Source of the DNA: a virus
Direction: 5' to 3' (one strand)
IMG/VR virus record: IMGVR_UViG_3300045988_102008
Span: 1-64,000 of that record
DNA length: 64,000 nucleotides
The notes under the pieces: model-generated
The model's database searches: none
Told to the model about the DNA's origin: nothing
What the model saw: only the letters and a program-made list of their open reading frames with translations
Part shown: positions 37,493-48,300 of the stretch, piece by piece
Layout of the letters: each line of letters starts with the position of its first letter
How positions within the stretch are numbered: the first letter of the stretch is position 1
Position numbers and translations under genes: made by a program

Positions 37493-38230
37493 ATGAAAAC
37501 AAATGTTACAATGGTATCGAAAGATCGGGAACTGTTTGGTGTTATAATTAAACAAGATACCAAAACATCATTTATGTCCTTAACAGACTTACAAGAGGCT
37601 TATACGAGAAAAAGGATAGAAATGGGATGGAATGAAAAGAGAATAGAAAACATTCTGTCCAACAAAGAAAGTGCTGAACGAATATACTATATCCTTGAAA
37701 AACAAGGATATACAATAGAAGCAGGATTTCCTGGTTTTATCCAATCTGTTGAAAAAGAATCACTTATAAAAGTGATGAAAAAGATGGGGGCTTATAAAAC
37801 TATGGGAAGAGGAGAGAATAGGAGAACGATGTGCAATCCTTATATATGGGTTCTTGTAGCTATGGAGCTTAACCCTATGCTGTATGCTGAAGTAGTAACA
37901 TGGTTGACGGACAAACTTATTTTAAATAGGATAGAGGCAGGAGATAAATATAATGTCCTATCAAGGGCTATATCAAGATTTCCTGATGCAGATTATACAA
38001 GAATGGCTAAAGGCCTCAATTGGATCGTTTTTAACGAACATGAGAGCATGATAAGAAACAGAGCAACTCAAGAGCAGTTAAAAGAACTTGAAATGCTTCA
38101 ATCCAATCTTGCATTTTGTATAGAAATGGGAACCATATCTTCTTTTTCCGATTTAATAAACATGATGGGGACTATATATAAGAAAAAGTGGGGATCGGGA
38201 GCAGTGTCTTCTAAAAATATAAAATCTTAA
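37493..38230 (+). CDS. Hypothetical protein (start uncertain: 37439, 37493 or 37511)
   Basis: Long ORF. Several candidate in-frame ATGs. Confidence 0.5.
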   Translation: MKTNVTMVSKDRELFGVIIKQDTKTSFMSLTDLQEAYTRKRIEMGWNEKRIENILSNKESAERIYYILEKQGYTIEAGFPGFIQSVEKESLIKVMKKMGAYKTMGRGENRRTMCNPYIWVLVAMELNPMLYAEVVTWLTDKLILNRIEAGDKYNVLSRAISRFPDADYTRMAKGLNWIVFNEHESMIRNRATQEQLKELEMLQSNLAFCIEMGTISSFSDLINMMGTIYKKKWGSGAVSSKNIKS

Positions 38231-38234
38231 AATA

Positions 38235-38522
38235 ATGGAAACAAGTGAATTAAGGGAAATACTTAAATTGTATGGTCTTCAGCATGATGTTGTTATCAAC
38301 AAAAGTTCAAAAAGGTATTCTATTGTCTTAGATAATAACATAATAGGAACCAATCACGCTGAAGAGAGGGTGGTTGTATTCCGTCCTATACCAGAAGGGA
38401 AAAACACGTTCTGCATGGAACGAGATAGGTTCTATACGGAGTTTGAAGAGGCTTTTGATGATGATAAGGCTATAGAAGCTGTAAGACAATATTTTGAAAA
38501 CAATAAAAACAGAAAGTCATGA
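38235..38522 (+). CDS. Hypothetical protein
   Basis: ATG start, 95 aa. Confidence 0.5.
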   Translation: METSELREILKLYGLQHDVVINKSSKRYSIVLDNNIIGTNHAEERVVVFRPIPEGKNTFCMERDRFYTEFEEAFDDDKAIEAVRQYFENNKNRKS

Positions 38523-38860
38523 ACGAAAACGAAATATTTAGGTTGAAGGGCAGAATAGCCATATCTAACCTATCACGTGAGGATAAGAACATGATAAATA
38601 GCATCCTTGATGGTGTCAACAAAAAGGATGAAGAGGAAAAAGGATATGTCTATACCGTGAGAGTAAAACTAAACAACGGAAAGGTTGTATATGCTACTTT
38701 ATTTTTTAAAAGCAAGACCGGTCCTACATTTGAAGACTTAAAGAGGGAGCTTGATGATGTGGGAGTTAAAAATGACGATTATAGCAATAACGGCACAATC
38801 ATCATTAACCGCATTGTTATGAGCGGAGAAGAATTTGATCGCTTTATAGGCGAAGAATAA
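38519..38860 (+). CDS. Hypothetical protein
   Basis: ATGA overlap with the upstream gene. Confidence 0.5.
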   Translation: MNENEIFRLKGRIAISNLSREDKNMINSILDGVNKKDEEEKGYVYTVRVKLNNGKVVYATLFFKSKTGPTFEDLKRELDDVGVKNDDYSNNGTIIINRIVMSGEEFDRFIGEE

Positions 38861-38909
38861 AATAATGGGCTATATTATTATACTAATTGATTAAAACAAC
38901 GATAAAACG

Positions 38910-39476
38910 ATGGAAAAGATGGACAATAATACTAAAAACATCCTTTATCCAAAAGGATCTATTTTTCGTACATTGAAAGATGATAAAATAGATAAAAGTA
39001 CTATAATGTACAAAGGATCTATAGTAGTTGCAGTAACAAATATAAAAGAAAATGACAAGTTTGCTGAAGTTTGTTACAATGGAAACACAATTATTATAGA
39101 AACAGATATTATGGAACTTGTTCTTGTAGGAGATCCAGAAAAAAGTACTTCAATAAAATCAGTGAAAAATGACATCATTGACGACAAACTACGATGGGAT
39201 TTGCTTCCGATGGAAGAGATTGAGGACATTGTAAAAGTCTATCATGCCGGAGCCAAGAAATATGGGCCTAATAATTGGCAGAATCTTGACAATGGCTTTG
39301 AACGGTATCGTGCGGCGGCTGCCAGGCATATAATGGCATACCTGAAAGGAGAGAGAACGGATAAAGAGACGAACGTGCACCATTTAGCTGCGGCTGCATG
39401 GAATGTGATAACTATGTTGTGGTATGATAAACACGGAAAAGGATTAATACCATTAAATAAGGAGGAAAAGAAATGA
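38910..39476 (+). CDS. dATP/dGTP pyrophosphohydrolase-like domain protein
   Basis: RWDLLPMEEIEDIVKVYHAGAKKYGPNNW...HLAAAAWNVITMLWY matches the phage dGTP-diphosphohydrolase N-domain motif as I recall it. Confidence 0.6.
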   Translation: MEKMDNNTKNILYPKGSIFRTLKDDKIDKSTIMYKGSIVVAVTNIKENDKFAEVCYNGNTIIIETDIMELVLVGDPEKSTSIKSVKNDIIDDKLRWDLLPMEEIEDIVKVYHAGAKKYGPNNWQNLDNGFERYRAAAARHIMAYLKGERTDKETNVHHLAAAAWNVITMLWYDKHGKGLIPLNKEEKK

Positions 39477-39781
39477 CAAAAAAACAAATGATTCAACTGT
39501 TAGACGACGAGCTTGATGCAATGAACAAACATAGAAGTAATATTGAAAGAATTAAAAAGGAATATTTCGATTCTGTTTATGGGTTAAAGAATGGAGATAA
39601 AGTGAGTGTTCTTTACAAACGTTCGAAAGAGCCTCTTGTTGGTTTCTTTAAGAACGTGCAAATCACGAATACTGGAACAGTTATATTTACAATCCAGAAA
39701 GCTAATAAAGAAGGAAGACCTGGAAGAGGATCTTATTTGGTGTATGAAGACGATTTGAGCGAAATCAAAAAAGTAGAATAA
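39473..39781 (+). CDS. Hypothetical protein
   Basis: GGAGG SD. ATGA overlap. Confidence 0.5.
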   Translation: MTKKQMIQLLDDELDAMNKHRSNIERIKKEYFDSVYGLKNGDKVSVLYKRSKEPLVGFFKNVQITNTGTVIFTIQKANKEGRPGRGSYLVYEDDLSEIKKVE

Positions 39782-39782
39782 C

Positions 39783-40313
39783 ATGATTAGAGCAAGATTT
39801 TACATTAGAAAGGATGACTGTGATAATGATTACCGTCCAGTCAAATGGCCTATAAAACATCCATATTGGTGTAGTGCAGAATCCAGTAATTCATTTGTAT
39901 TGGTGGCGTATGCTGAAGATGAAGACAGCATAAAAGAACTGTGGCCGGAGGCGTATGATATTAATGTCTTAGAAAAAGATACCGAGATTAGATTTACATT
40001 AAGATTTCCTAAACCGGAATGGTATGAATTGTACGAAAGGGAATTAGAAGAATGTGATAGGTTTATATGGATTACAGATGCGTGCATGAGAGACGGTGTA
40101 ATAAGAAAAGTAAAAGCTAAAATAGAAGATTATGGTGGTCTTTTGTTAGCCGACATTCCTGATAGGATCACTCCTTATGAAATAGGAAGGGATGCTTTTG
40201 AGAGCAAAGAAGAAGCTTTAAAACATGCAGAGGAACGGAGAACGCACCTGATCGAGTCAATTAAGAAACAATTGAATGAACTTGAAAATCTAAAATTCGA
40301 ATGTGATGATTAA
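39783..40313 (+). CDS. Hypothetical protein
   Basis: ATG start, 176 aa. Confidence 0.5.
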   Translation: MIRARFYIRKDDCDNDYRPVKWPIKHPYWCSAESSNSFVLVAYAEDEDSIKELWPEAYDINVLEKDTEIRFTLRFPKPEWYELYERELEECDRFIWITDACMRDGVIRKVKAKIEDYGGLLLADIPDRITPYEIGRDAFESKEEALKHAEERRTHLIESIKKQLNELENLKFECDD

Positions 40314-41019
40314 CTACGCAGCAAAAGCCAGGAAGGCTTATTTGATAAACAATTTCGATAAGATTCTTAACAGTCTTAACACACTTCATTCAACGGTTGA
40401 GACCATGACATTATTTGTAAACGACCAGGCTTATAATTACATTCTTAAGCTAAAGGAAGTGGTTAAGGGCGGTCCTATGTACAGACATAATGTCAAACGA
40501 TTCTTGAATGATATGGATAAGGAGATAAGGAAATACAATGCTTCTATCTACTACATAAATAAAGAGCGTAGTGAGGTTATAGCTGATATAACACAAGTTA
40601 TGGAAGACTGTCTCATGCCATACATAGACGACCTGGCCGGCGCTATAAGGGCAGCCGTGTGGTCGAAGGGCGTGTCCGAGGAGCGGACGGAAGCGGCGGT
40701 ACTGTCCCTAATCGTATCCTCCTTAGCCACGACATCAGGCAGACTTATTTCAGGTGGATATCAGATTATGAAAGAAATGGGTGGGGGTCAAGGTGGTAAT
40801 CCATTTACGTTTATGAGCATTGATAAGATAAGACACTTATCTACATCATTATCTGATGCTATTACCGGTGGAGAAATTGCTCTTGAAGAAAAAGAAGCCA
40901 ATGACATAACTAAGACGATGGATGTTTTTATTGAGAAAATGTCTGATTCGGATATTGTTGATAAGGTGATCAGCATACTCGAAGAGGCAGAATCTAAAAA
41001 TAAGGAGGAGCGATCGTGA
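40306..41019 (+). CDS. Hypothetical protein (ATG at 40306)
   Basis: The track start at 40303 is GTG. The ATG is one codon later. Confidence 0.55.
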   Translation: MINYAAKARKAYLINNFDKILNSLNTLHSTVETMTLFVNDQAYNYILKLKEVVKGGPMYRHNVKRFLNDMDKEIRKYNASIYYINKERSEVIADITQVMEDCLMPYIDDLAGAIRAAVWSKGVSEERTEAAVLSLIVSSLATTSGRLISGGYQIMKEMGGGQGGNPFTFMSIDKIRHLSTSLSDAITGGEIALEEKEANDITKTMDVFIEKMSDSDIVDKVISILEEAESKNKEERS

Positions 41020-41207
41020 ATTATTTGGATGGGTATGTAGAAGAAGTTCTTTCTGAGCCGTACTATGATGATTACGGCTCTGGGGTTTTTAGGTGGTGGG
41101 TGAAAGTGTCTTACGTTTGTGAAGGAATAGGAGCTGTCACTACCTTAATGTTTGATACGAGAGAAGAAGCGGAAGCTGTAAAACCAGGTTACAAATTTTT
41201 ATGCTGA
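41016..41207 (+). CDS. Small protein with a GTG start
   Basis: A strong SD (AAGGAGG) lies 7 nt upstream of the GTG. No in-frame ATG until near the C-terminus. Confidence 0.4.
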   Translation: MNYLDGYVEEVLSEPYYDDYGSGVFRWWVKVSYVCEGIGAVTTLMFDTREEAEAVKPGYKFLC

Positions 41208-41214
41208 AAATAAT

Positions 41215-41448
41215 ATGAAGTATTTTATTTTATTGATGACATTAGTATTATCATCATGTTCAAATAATCATCAGGTTAATGACGGATGGGTTATATATGA
41301 TCTACGTCCTTTACAGGGTGGACGTGTGATGTATTATGCTGAAGACGAAATAATTTCAATATTTAAACATAATAGAATCATAAAATTCGTTGGACACCAA
41401 GGGGAATACAATATCGGAGATTCTATTAAGATCGTGAAAGTAAAATAA
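41215..41448 (+). CDS. Small predicted lipoprotein
   Basis: Signal peptide plus lipobox MKYFILLMTLVLSSC. Confidence 0.5.
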   Translation: MKYFILLMTLVLSSCSNNHQVNDGWVIYDLRPLQGGRVMYYAEDEIISIFKHNRIIKFVGHQGEYNIGDSIKIVKVK

Positions 41449-41449
41449 T

Positions 41450-41938
41450 ATGGAAAATAATTTAAAACTCGTATGTCCAAAATGTGGCACCCCTCACCAG
41501 CCTCATTCTCCGCACACGATGGATGCAGATGGATTTGAAAGGAGTGAGATAAGAACTGTCATGGAAGACAGGGGGTGGTGCTACGAATGCTCTTTTTGGC
41601 AAAACTTGTACGACAAGCACAAAGACGATCCTGGATGGGTTAGGATAGACGGTGTAAGCTGGGTGCTTAAGCCTATGGTGGAAAACGTACCGAGCGGATG
41701 GAACACCCTTGGATGTGGTGGAAGAAAAATGTATATCAATATCGAAGGGAAAGGCATTGTTGTATCAAATAACTGCTGGTGTCAAGGTGATGTTTCGGAC
41801 GCATTCAAGGATCTGATGCCTGATAATGCTACCTGGGCTACGAAGGAGGAATTTGACAAAGCTCCTGTAGTAGGATATATTATAGAAGGTATTGGTTTAG
41901 TTTTCACAAATAGGGAAGGTCATGAAATTAATGCTTAG
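41450..41938 (+). CDS. Cys-rich hypothetical protein; last gene of the + block
   Basis: ATG start. CPKCG...CYEC. Confidence 0.55.
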   Translation: MENNLKLVCPKCGTPHQPHSPHTMDADGFERSEIRTVMEDRGWCYECSFWQNLYDKHKDDPGWVRIDGVSWVLKPMVENVPSGWNTLGCGGRKMYINIEGKGIVVSNNCWCQGDVSDAFKDLMPDNATWATKEEFDKAPVVGYIIEGIGLVFTNREGHEINA

Positions 41939-42059
41939 AAACTTGTTTCATATTCCTCTTAGAATAGTTGAAAGGAAATCAACTAATGGGGAAGTAAGAA
42001 AGAAGAAAAGAGGGTAAAGGTAGTGGACTCTTGTTACAATAAACGGTTTTAACAATTAT

Positions 42060-42098
42060 GGCACCAATAGTTCTTGGTGCCATAATTGTTTTTTATTT
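42060..42098 (+). terminator. Intrinsic terminator closing the + strand block
   Basis: ggcaccaa/ttggtgcc 8-bp stem followed by ataattgttttttattt. Confidence 0.5.
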
Positions 42099-42117
42099 AA
42101 ACTCATATCGCAATTGT

Positions 42118-42170
42118 TTGGTACAACATAAAAGAAACCGGTTCCCTATCATCCCTGACTGAGAACCGGT
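42118..42170 (-). terminator. Intrinsic terminator closing the - strand block
   Basis: accggttc/gaaccggt stem. The minus-strand downstream sequence is ttcttttatgtt. Confidence 0.45.
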
Positions 42171-42306
42171 AAGAAAACAATTTCAGAAAAAATTAAACCT
42201 ACATAATCTTTCAAGTAAGAACAAAAAACGTACAATCTACTCTTTGACGATGCTAATATAGCATATTGGAATCATACCAAAACAATGCAAGTCCGATATT
42301 CTTCGT

Positions 42307-45300
42307 CTATTTGTAGCTAACATCATCGTCTCCTTCCGAATCAGGAGTGGCGCCGATGAAGAACATCATTGACTTGTTGTTCGTCTGCTGCCACCAATTA
42401 TAGGCGCGCGCTACGTCTTCCGGCGTCTTGATATTATACCATTGTTTGATAAACGTCTGTTTGGCGAGTTGCCTAAATAACTTAGACTCTCCCTTGTATG
42501 TACCGGATGTTACTTTATCAAGTGAATAATTCCTAAGATCGGTAAGATCCTTCAGCTTCCGTCCCATGACGAACGGATCGTTAATGATATCTACCACGTT
42601 AAGCTCCATAATAAACGGCATCTGTGAAGCTATTTCGTTTATGGTTCTGAATCCGACATAGGATCCAAATTGAGTAAGCCAACTTTCTTCGTTTTCATCA
42701 TCATCACGCCATCCGGCAAGAAGCATAGATACGGCCTGCACGATAAGGAACGTGCCGGCATAGACACTGAGACGTTTGAGATTGGTTTTTTCTACCTCAT
42801 TCATATTGTCTTTATTTTCGTTCCAGGCATCTATGATGTTTTTCATACCAGACTCGGAAGCTAAGCTAAATGTTTTGGCTATCATATTCTTTAACGTAAT
42901 TGACAGTCCTTCCTCTTCTTGCATTGTCTGGAAATTGAAGCCACGTCTTTTCCACAGACGTTGAGCCGCCAGCACCAACCATCCTCGGTGGGCGGTCATG
43001 AACCTAGCTATCCAGTTGCGCGATGCGGCAGTTCGGTTTTCTTCATTCAAAGATCCGTTACATATCTGCGACAAGCTACGAACTTGATTTCTGGTTATAG
43101 CCATCTGGGTTTCAACTTCCTCAACAGTAACACCTGATCCGGGCTTTACAACCACCTTCCCATCCACGACATCTACCATACTCCATAAAGTACGATCTTT
43201 TAATGCATTCCATTCTCTTTTTATGGTACTCTGTTCTTTATTACGTTCTTTTTCCATCTTGAAATCTTGGAACGTGTAGAACCGACCTTTGTAATAACGA
43301 ACATTGTCCATAGTAGCAATCATAACCTGCGGATCAAGAGGGTAGTTCAGGATTTCCATAAAAGCATACATAGGCGAACGCATTAAGGTCCTGGCCACTC
43401 TATTGTATCCGGCACCATACATACGATTTCGGATATTGAATATCCCCATTCTCTCACCTATGACATATAATTTGCTTTTCCTATCTATGTCTCCGGTTTC
43501 TGCTATACAAGATGGCGCAAGGCGTGAAAATTCAGCCGATGCGTATTTAAGGGAGTCTTTGCTTATATACTGTCCTACGGCAGATTCCATGATGAGGTTG
43601 ATATGACCTGTTAAGGCGCCGGTAGCTGCCACAAACGGAGACAGTGCCAAGTTCATGACCGACATAAACCTTTCAACAGCCATCATAATTCTTGTAAGGT
43701 CTACCGTATATCCTCCGATGTTCACCGTAAGTTTTTTGGTGTTCATCCTAATGCCATAATAATGATCGTTGAAGAAGTCCCTGAACATCTGATATGCTTG
43801 GGTTGCCTCAGCTTTCTTACCGCCTTCAAATTGCTTATTCAGTAACATCTGCTCCAGTCCTTGAGCGAGCTCTATAGACTTCTGCTTTTCGTTGTATAAC
43901 GATGACTGCATCATAAGCATCGAATAAGAGTAGCCAAAATCGTGAGATACATCATCTTGGTTCTCCAATTCATATATGTAGTATTTAGGTATAGACCTAA
44001 GTCTGTCTTCCGGGTCATACACTTCTCCTTGCCTGGTCTTACCATATAGAGAATCGTCTACTCTGTCCAGGCACAGATCTGATACAAAATTACGAACCGT
44101 ATTTTTGAAGTTAATACCCAATCCTTCCATACGTTCTATGTCTTGTTTTGATATCTGTGGAATAGCATACAGGTTCGGGCTCTGCTCTTTGTATAGATCA
44201 AGGGATTGTCTTTTTATTTCCTTGAGTTTTTGAATCATATTCCACTGCTCTACGTTTTTAGTAGCAACTTCATTACCGTCAGCATCATACTTGATACCAA
44301 AGTCATTGAAATACGATTCATCACGATACAGGCTTTTCTTAGGCATGCGATGACCATACCCATGATCTTTTACATAATCAGGATTACGACCGTTATTTTC
44401 GGCTTCAGATTCAGCCACCCATGCCCTTGCAGGGTCGAAAGACAGGTACGATATGTCCATGCCATAATCTTGGGTGGATGTACCGTTTTGTACGTCCTTA
44501 ACCATCTGCGCCACATCTATCTCACCTCGACCGATTTTGTCGATCATAGCTGCATATCCGGTAGGCGCCATGCGTTTATAGTACGAAAAAACCTGGCTTC
44601 TGGCAAATTCATTAACAATAGCATTAGCTTCTTCTACGCCCTCTTCTCTTGTATTATTTAAAAATAAGCTGGCCATCTTAGCATTAACAGCATTCCTGAA
44701 ATCTCTACCGTCTAATTCTTTGCTTATACCAAGCTTTTCTGACAGGTAGTTGGTTTCAGATACGGTAAACAGATATCGGTTATCAGCAGCCTTAAACAGC
44801 TTATCCCTTAAAGCCTGAATCCTTTTTGCTTTCTTCGCCGTAGTATGACGTTGTACGAACTTCCATTCCACTTCCTTGGAGTCAGCAAGAGCATTTAAAT
44901 AAGACTGATTTACTTCGTTTTCAGCCTTACTGCTTTTAGTAAGGTACTTATCAATATCTTCAAGACCCACCATCTTAGCATAATCTATCAAAATAGCGTA
45001 ATCGGCTTCAATAGCTTCAGATGCGGCCCTAAAAGCATCTCTTTCAGATGAGGTAAATGTCGCTTCGTTAATTTCTCCGATATCAGCCACATCTCGGTTG
45101 TTTCCGATTGTTTCCTTGATAATGGCCTTATTTTTTTCTATATCTTTCACAATCGAATCCACGTCAGTCGCATCTCTATCACTTGTCGTAGAGCTAATGA
45201 TATCATGCGCCATTTTAAGATACGAAGCCTTGTTGTTTGATTCGGTGCGCGCCGACTGTTCCGATTCTACGTCATTCCAAAACCGATCATTAAATGACAG

Positions 45301-48300
45301 GTGACCTCCCAACATAAGTGTCTTCAGCGCAGCTTCCCCTCCAGATTCACGCTGAATAGTTCTCAATTTTTGCAGAAATGATTCTGATACGGCATTAGTG
45401 ACATTATTTGATTCTTTTCTCCAAACTTCATTTATGGCTTGTATTTCTTTAGCCATCTTGAGTTGATCACCGGTTTTTTCCACTCTCCTGGTTCCTACAT
45501 ATATGTATTCTGAAGCTGCTTCCTTACGTTGTTTACGAAGCAGTCCTTCTTCTTCGTAGTTACTACTCTTATAGTAAGCAACCTCATCAAAATTACCATT
45601 GCTATCAATAAAAGGCTGCCTCAATATCCGCTTCTGCCGAGAAAGAGCATTAAGGTATTCTTTGGTTGTTTGAGAAACCGGATGCCCTAATTCTTCTTCG
45701 GCCTTTTTGTATATGGATTCCATTCTTGTGGCATAACTTTCACTAAATTCCAGTTCTGAATTTTCAGCATCCCACTTCTCCATCTGTTCTGTATAAATCT
45801 TTTCCTGCTCGATGGTAAAAATATCGGTATTAACCCTATCGGACGACGGTTTAAATTTAGCGTTCTCGGTAACCGTATTTCCGTCCTTGTCAACTACTTC
45901 TCTTTTAAATACGTAATTACGGTTATTGTCAACCACATCATTGATTTCTTCTTCTGATATCTCTATGTTCATGGCGGTCGCAAACGCTCGCATCTGCGCC
46001 AGCTTCTTATTACGATCGTATTTAGCCATATCAAGAGCACTACGAAGATAATTAGAAATTTTTCCGTCTACTTTCTGAAGCAGTTTTTCAAATTCAGATT
46101 TGTTAAAACCATGCTTTTTCGCATATGCCAGGAAGTCGGATATGGCGGGCTGGGCATTCACCATCGCATTGTAATTGTCTTTGGCAATCATAGTTCCAAG
46201 AGCGTTATTGAACGGGCTGGAAGAATGCTCTAATATACCAAACCACCTACTTATCCAAGAAACATCGTGTTGAACCTTGTCAAAAAATTCTTTTACTCTC
46301 TTTACCTTATCTGCCGGCACATGAAGTTCGTTCATTAACTTATCAAGCAACGTGCTTTCATCAAGGTCTTGTACTGATTTAATATCAGACTGAATACCAT
46401 TGATGTCTGCAATGACGGTATTGATCCTATTTGTATAATCCTGCTTTTCACGTTCATCAAATTCGGTACTTCTGTTACGGATATATCCTCGAGAATCGTT
46501 CATGATCGGAAGAACCTGATTGTTGATAATATCTACGTTCTTTCGATCATTGGTATTGAGGTGAAGCTTGCCGTCTTTGGTATCACCATGAAGGATGGTG
46601 TTCACCACATTGCTTAAGTATCTGACCTGAGCTTCGGCTGTAGAGATCATGCTGTTCATGGCAGCCGCCATCTCATTCTTGTCTATTTCGGTCTCTACCT
46701 TATTTATCTTATCTTCTATGGTCTTAAGCTGAGCAAGGGTCATAGACGTAGTTACAGCCCTATCAGAGCTTATCTGACGTAAGTCTCTTAACGTTTTTCT
46801 CAATGCCCTGATTTTAGACTCAAGAAACTTGTTCTTGTTCATAGAAGAAAGGGAGTATAATGTAAAGTCATTATCCTTCAAAAGAGAAGTATCAAATCCT
46901 TTATCTATGTCGGTAATAGCAAGATCACGAATATTTTTAATAACGTTATTCAAATCCTGTCTTTGGGTTGATAAAGCTGATTTAAGCCAGTTTACAATTC
47001 CAGAGAGAAGCTGCCGGACGCGCCCCAGGAAGGAGGTGGGCTCTACCGGCGCCTGTGCTGTGCCGGTCTGCATCTCCCTGGCGAGGATCTTTCCAAGAAT
47101 TTCTCTCCTAACAGCATTATCAAGTTCAGAGCCTTCATATACCTTACCGTATGTATTATAATACTGACCTGCATACTGATTCCATTCTTCAGTGCCTTCT
47201 ACATCTTGCAAAACAGATTCAACAGCATTCTGATCTCTGTACGCCTCTACGAGAAAGTGTGCTGTTTCTTCTACTAAGTCAGACAAAGTAGCATCTTCAC
47301 CGACTGCTATTACGTTATTGGCAATATCCGCCAATGCCTTAGCAGAAGGTTCGTGTCCGTATTTAGTTTGGTACTTCTCTATATAATCGGTCATGCCAAC
47401 GACACTAACGCCCAGCGTTTTCAGTATCTCAACAATAGAATTTCGTTGATTACGTTCCTCTTGGCTATAATCCGATACGATCTTAGCTTTAGTATCAGCA
47501 TAAAGATCATTGTCTTCTAATATGAATGAAACTACAAGCGCATCAAAATGATCGTACTTGGCGTCCAATTCATTGTATCTTCCAGACTTAAGATCGCTCT
47601 TTATCTGCTCCTTACTAACCCTTTCCGTTCCTCCGGTGGCGAGTCTCATAGTCACCTTACTATTATCCAATGAATTTATGGTTATCATGCCTTGATCATT
47701 CATGGAAACATCAGAACCAAAATGATTACGGAGCTCAGTGTAGGATAATGCTGAATTGAAAAGCCTAATTTGTCCTGCATGTCCTTCTCCTGTAAGATAA
47801 TAGCTTCTTGTTTCCGGATCGAATATCTTGGATCCGGACAAAAGACCTTTCTTTATAAGGTAGTTTATTATCCCACCTTTTGTTGATAAAGAAGTGGAAG
47901 TAGAGGCGGTCATAACAGGTATAAAAGATTTGGGGTTGTTAAGGACATACTTTCCAGCCTTGTAAGTAATGTCTGCCACTCCATCCACGGTAGATTCTTG
48001 AACGATGCCGGATAAGAACCCTATTCTGATATCATTCCCGCCAGAGCGAAGAGCTTCTCCGTAATCTTCAAATAATTGACTACGATCGTTCATAAAAAAC
48101 AAACGAGGCTCTCCGGTCTGATACGTTACACCCACAGGATTAGAATCTGCTTCTGGTAACTCCTCTGGGCTAAATATCTTAAGACCGTCTTTTATAACCA
48201 TATAATTAACACCCTTATCCCGTACCATAGATACGGGAGTGAAGTCCGAAGATATAGCATCTTGTAGATACTGCCCGGCGTCTATTCCCGGTCCTTCCGG

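Noticed and set aside
42670-47161. Several + strand ORFs (42670, 42776, 42919, 43403, 44206, 45098, 46829) inside the giant gene
   Set aside because: All are embedded antisense within a 6.4-kb uninterrupted - strand ORF. They are shadow ORFs.
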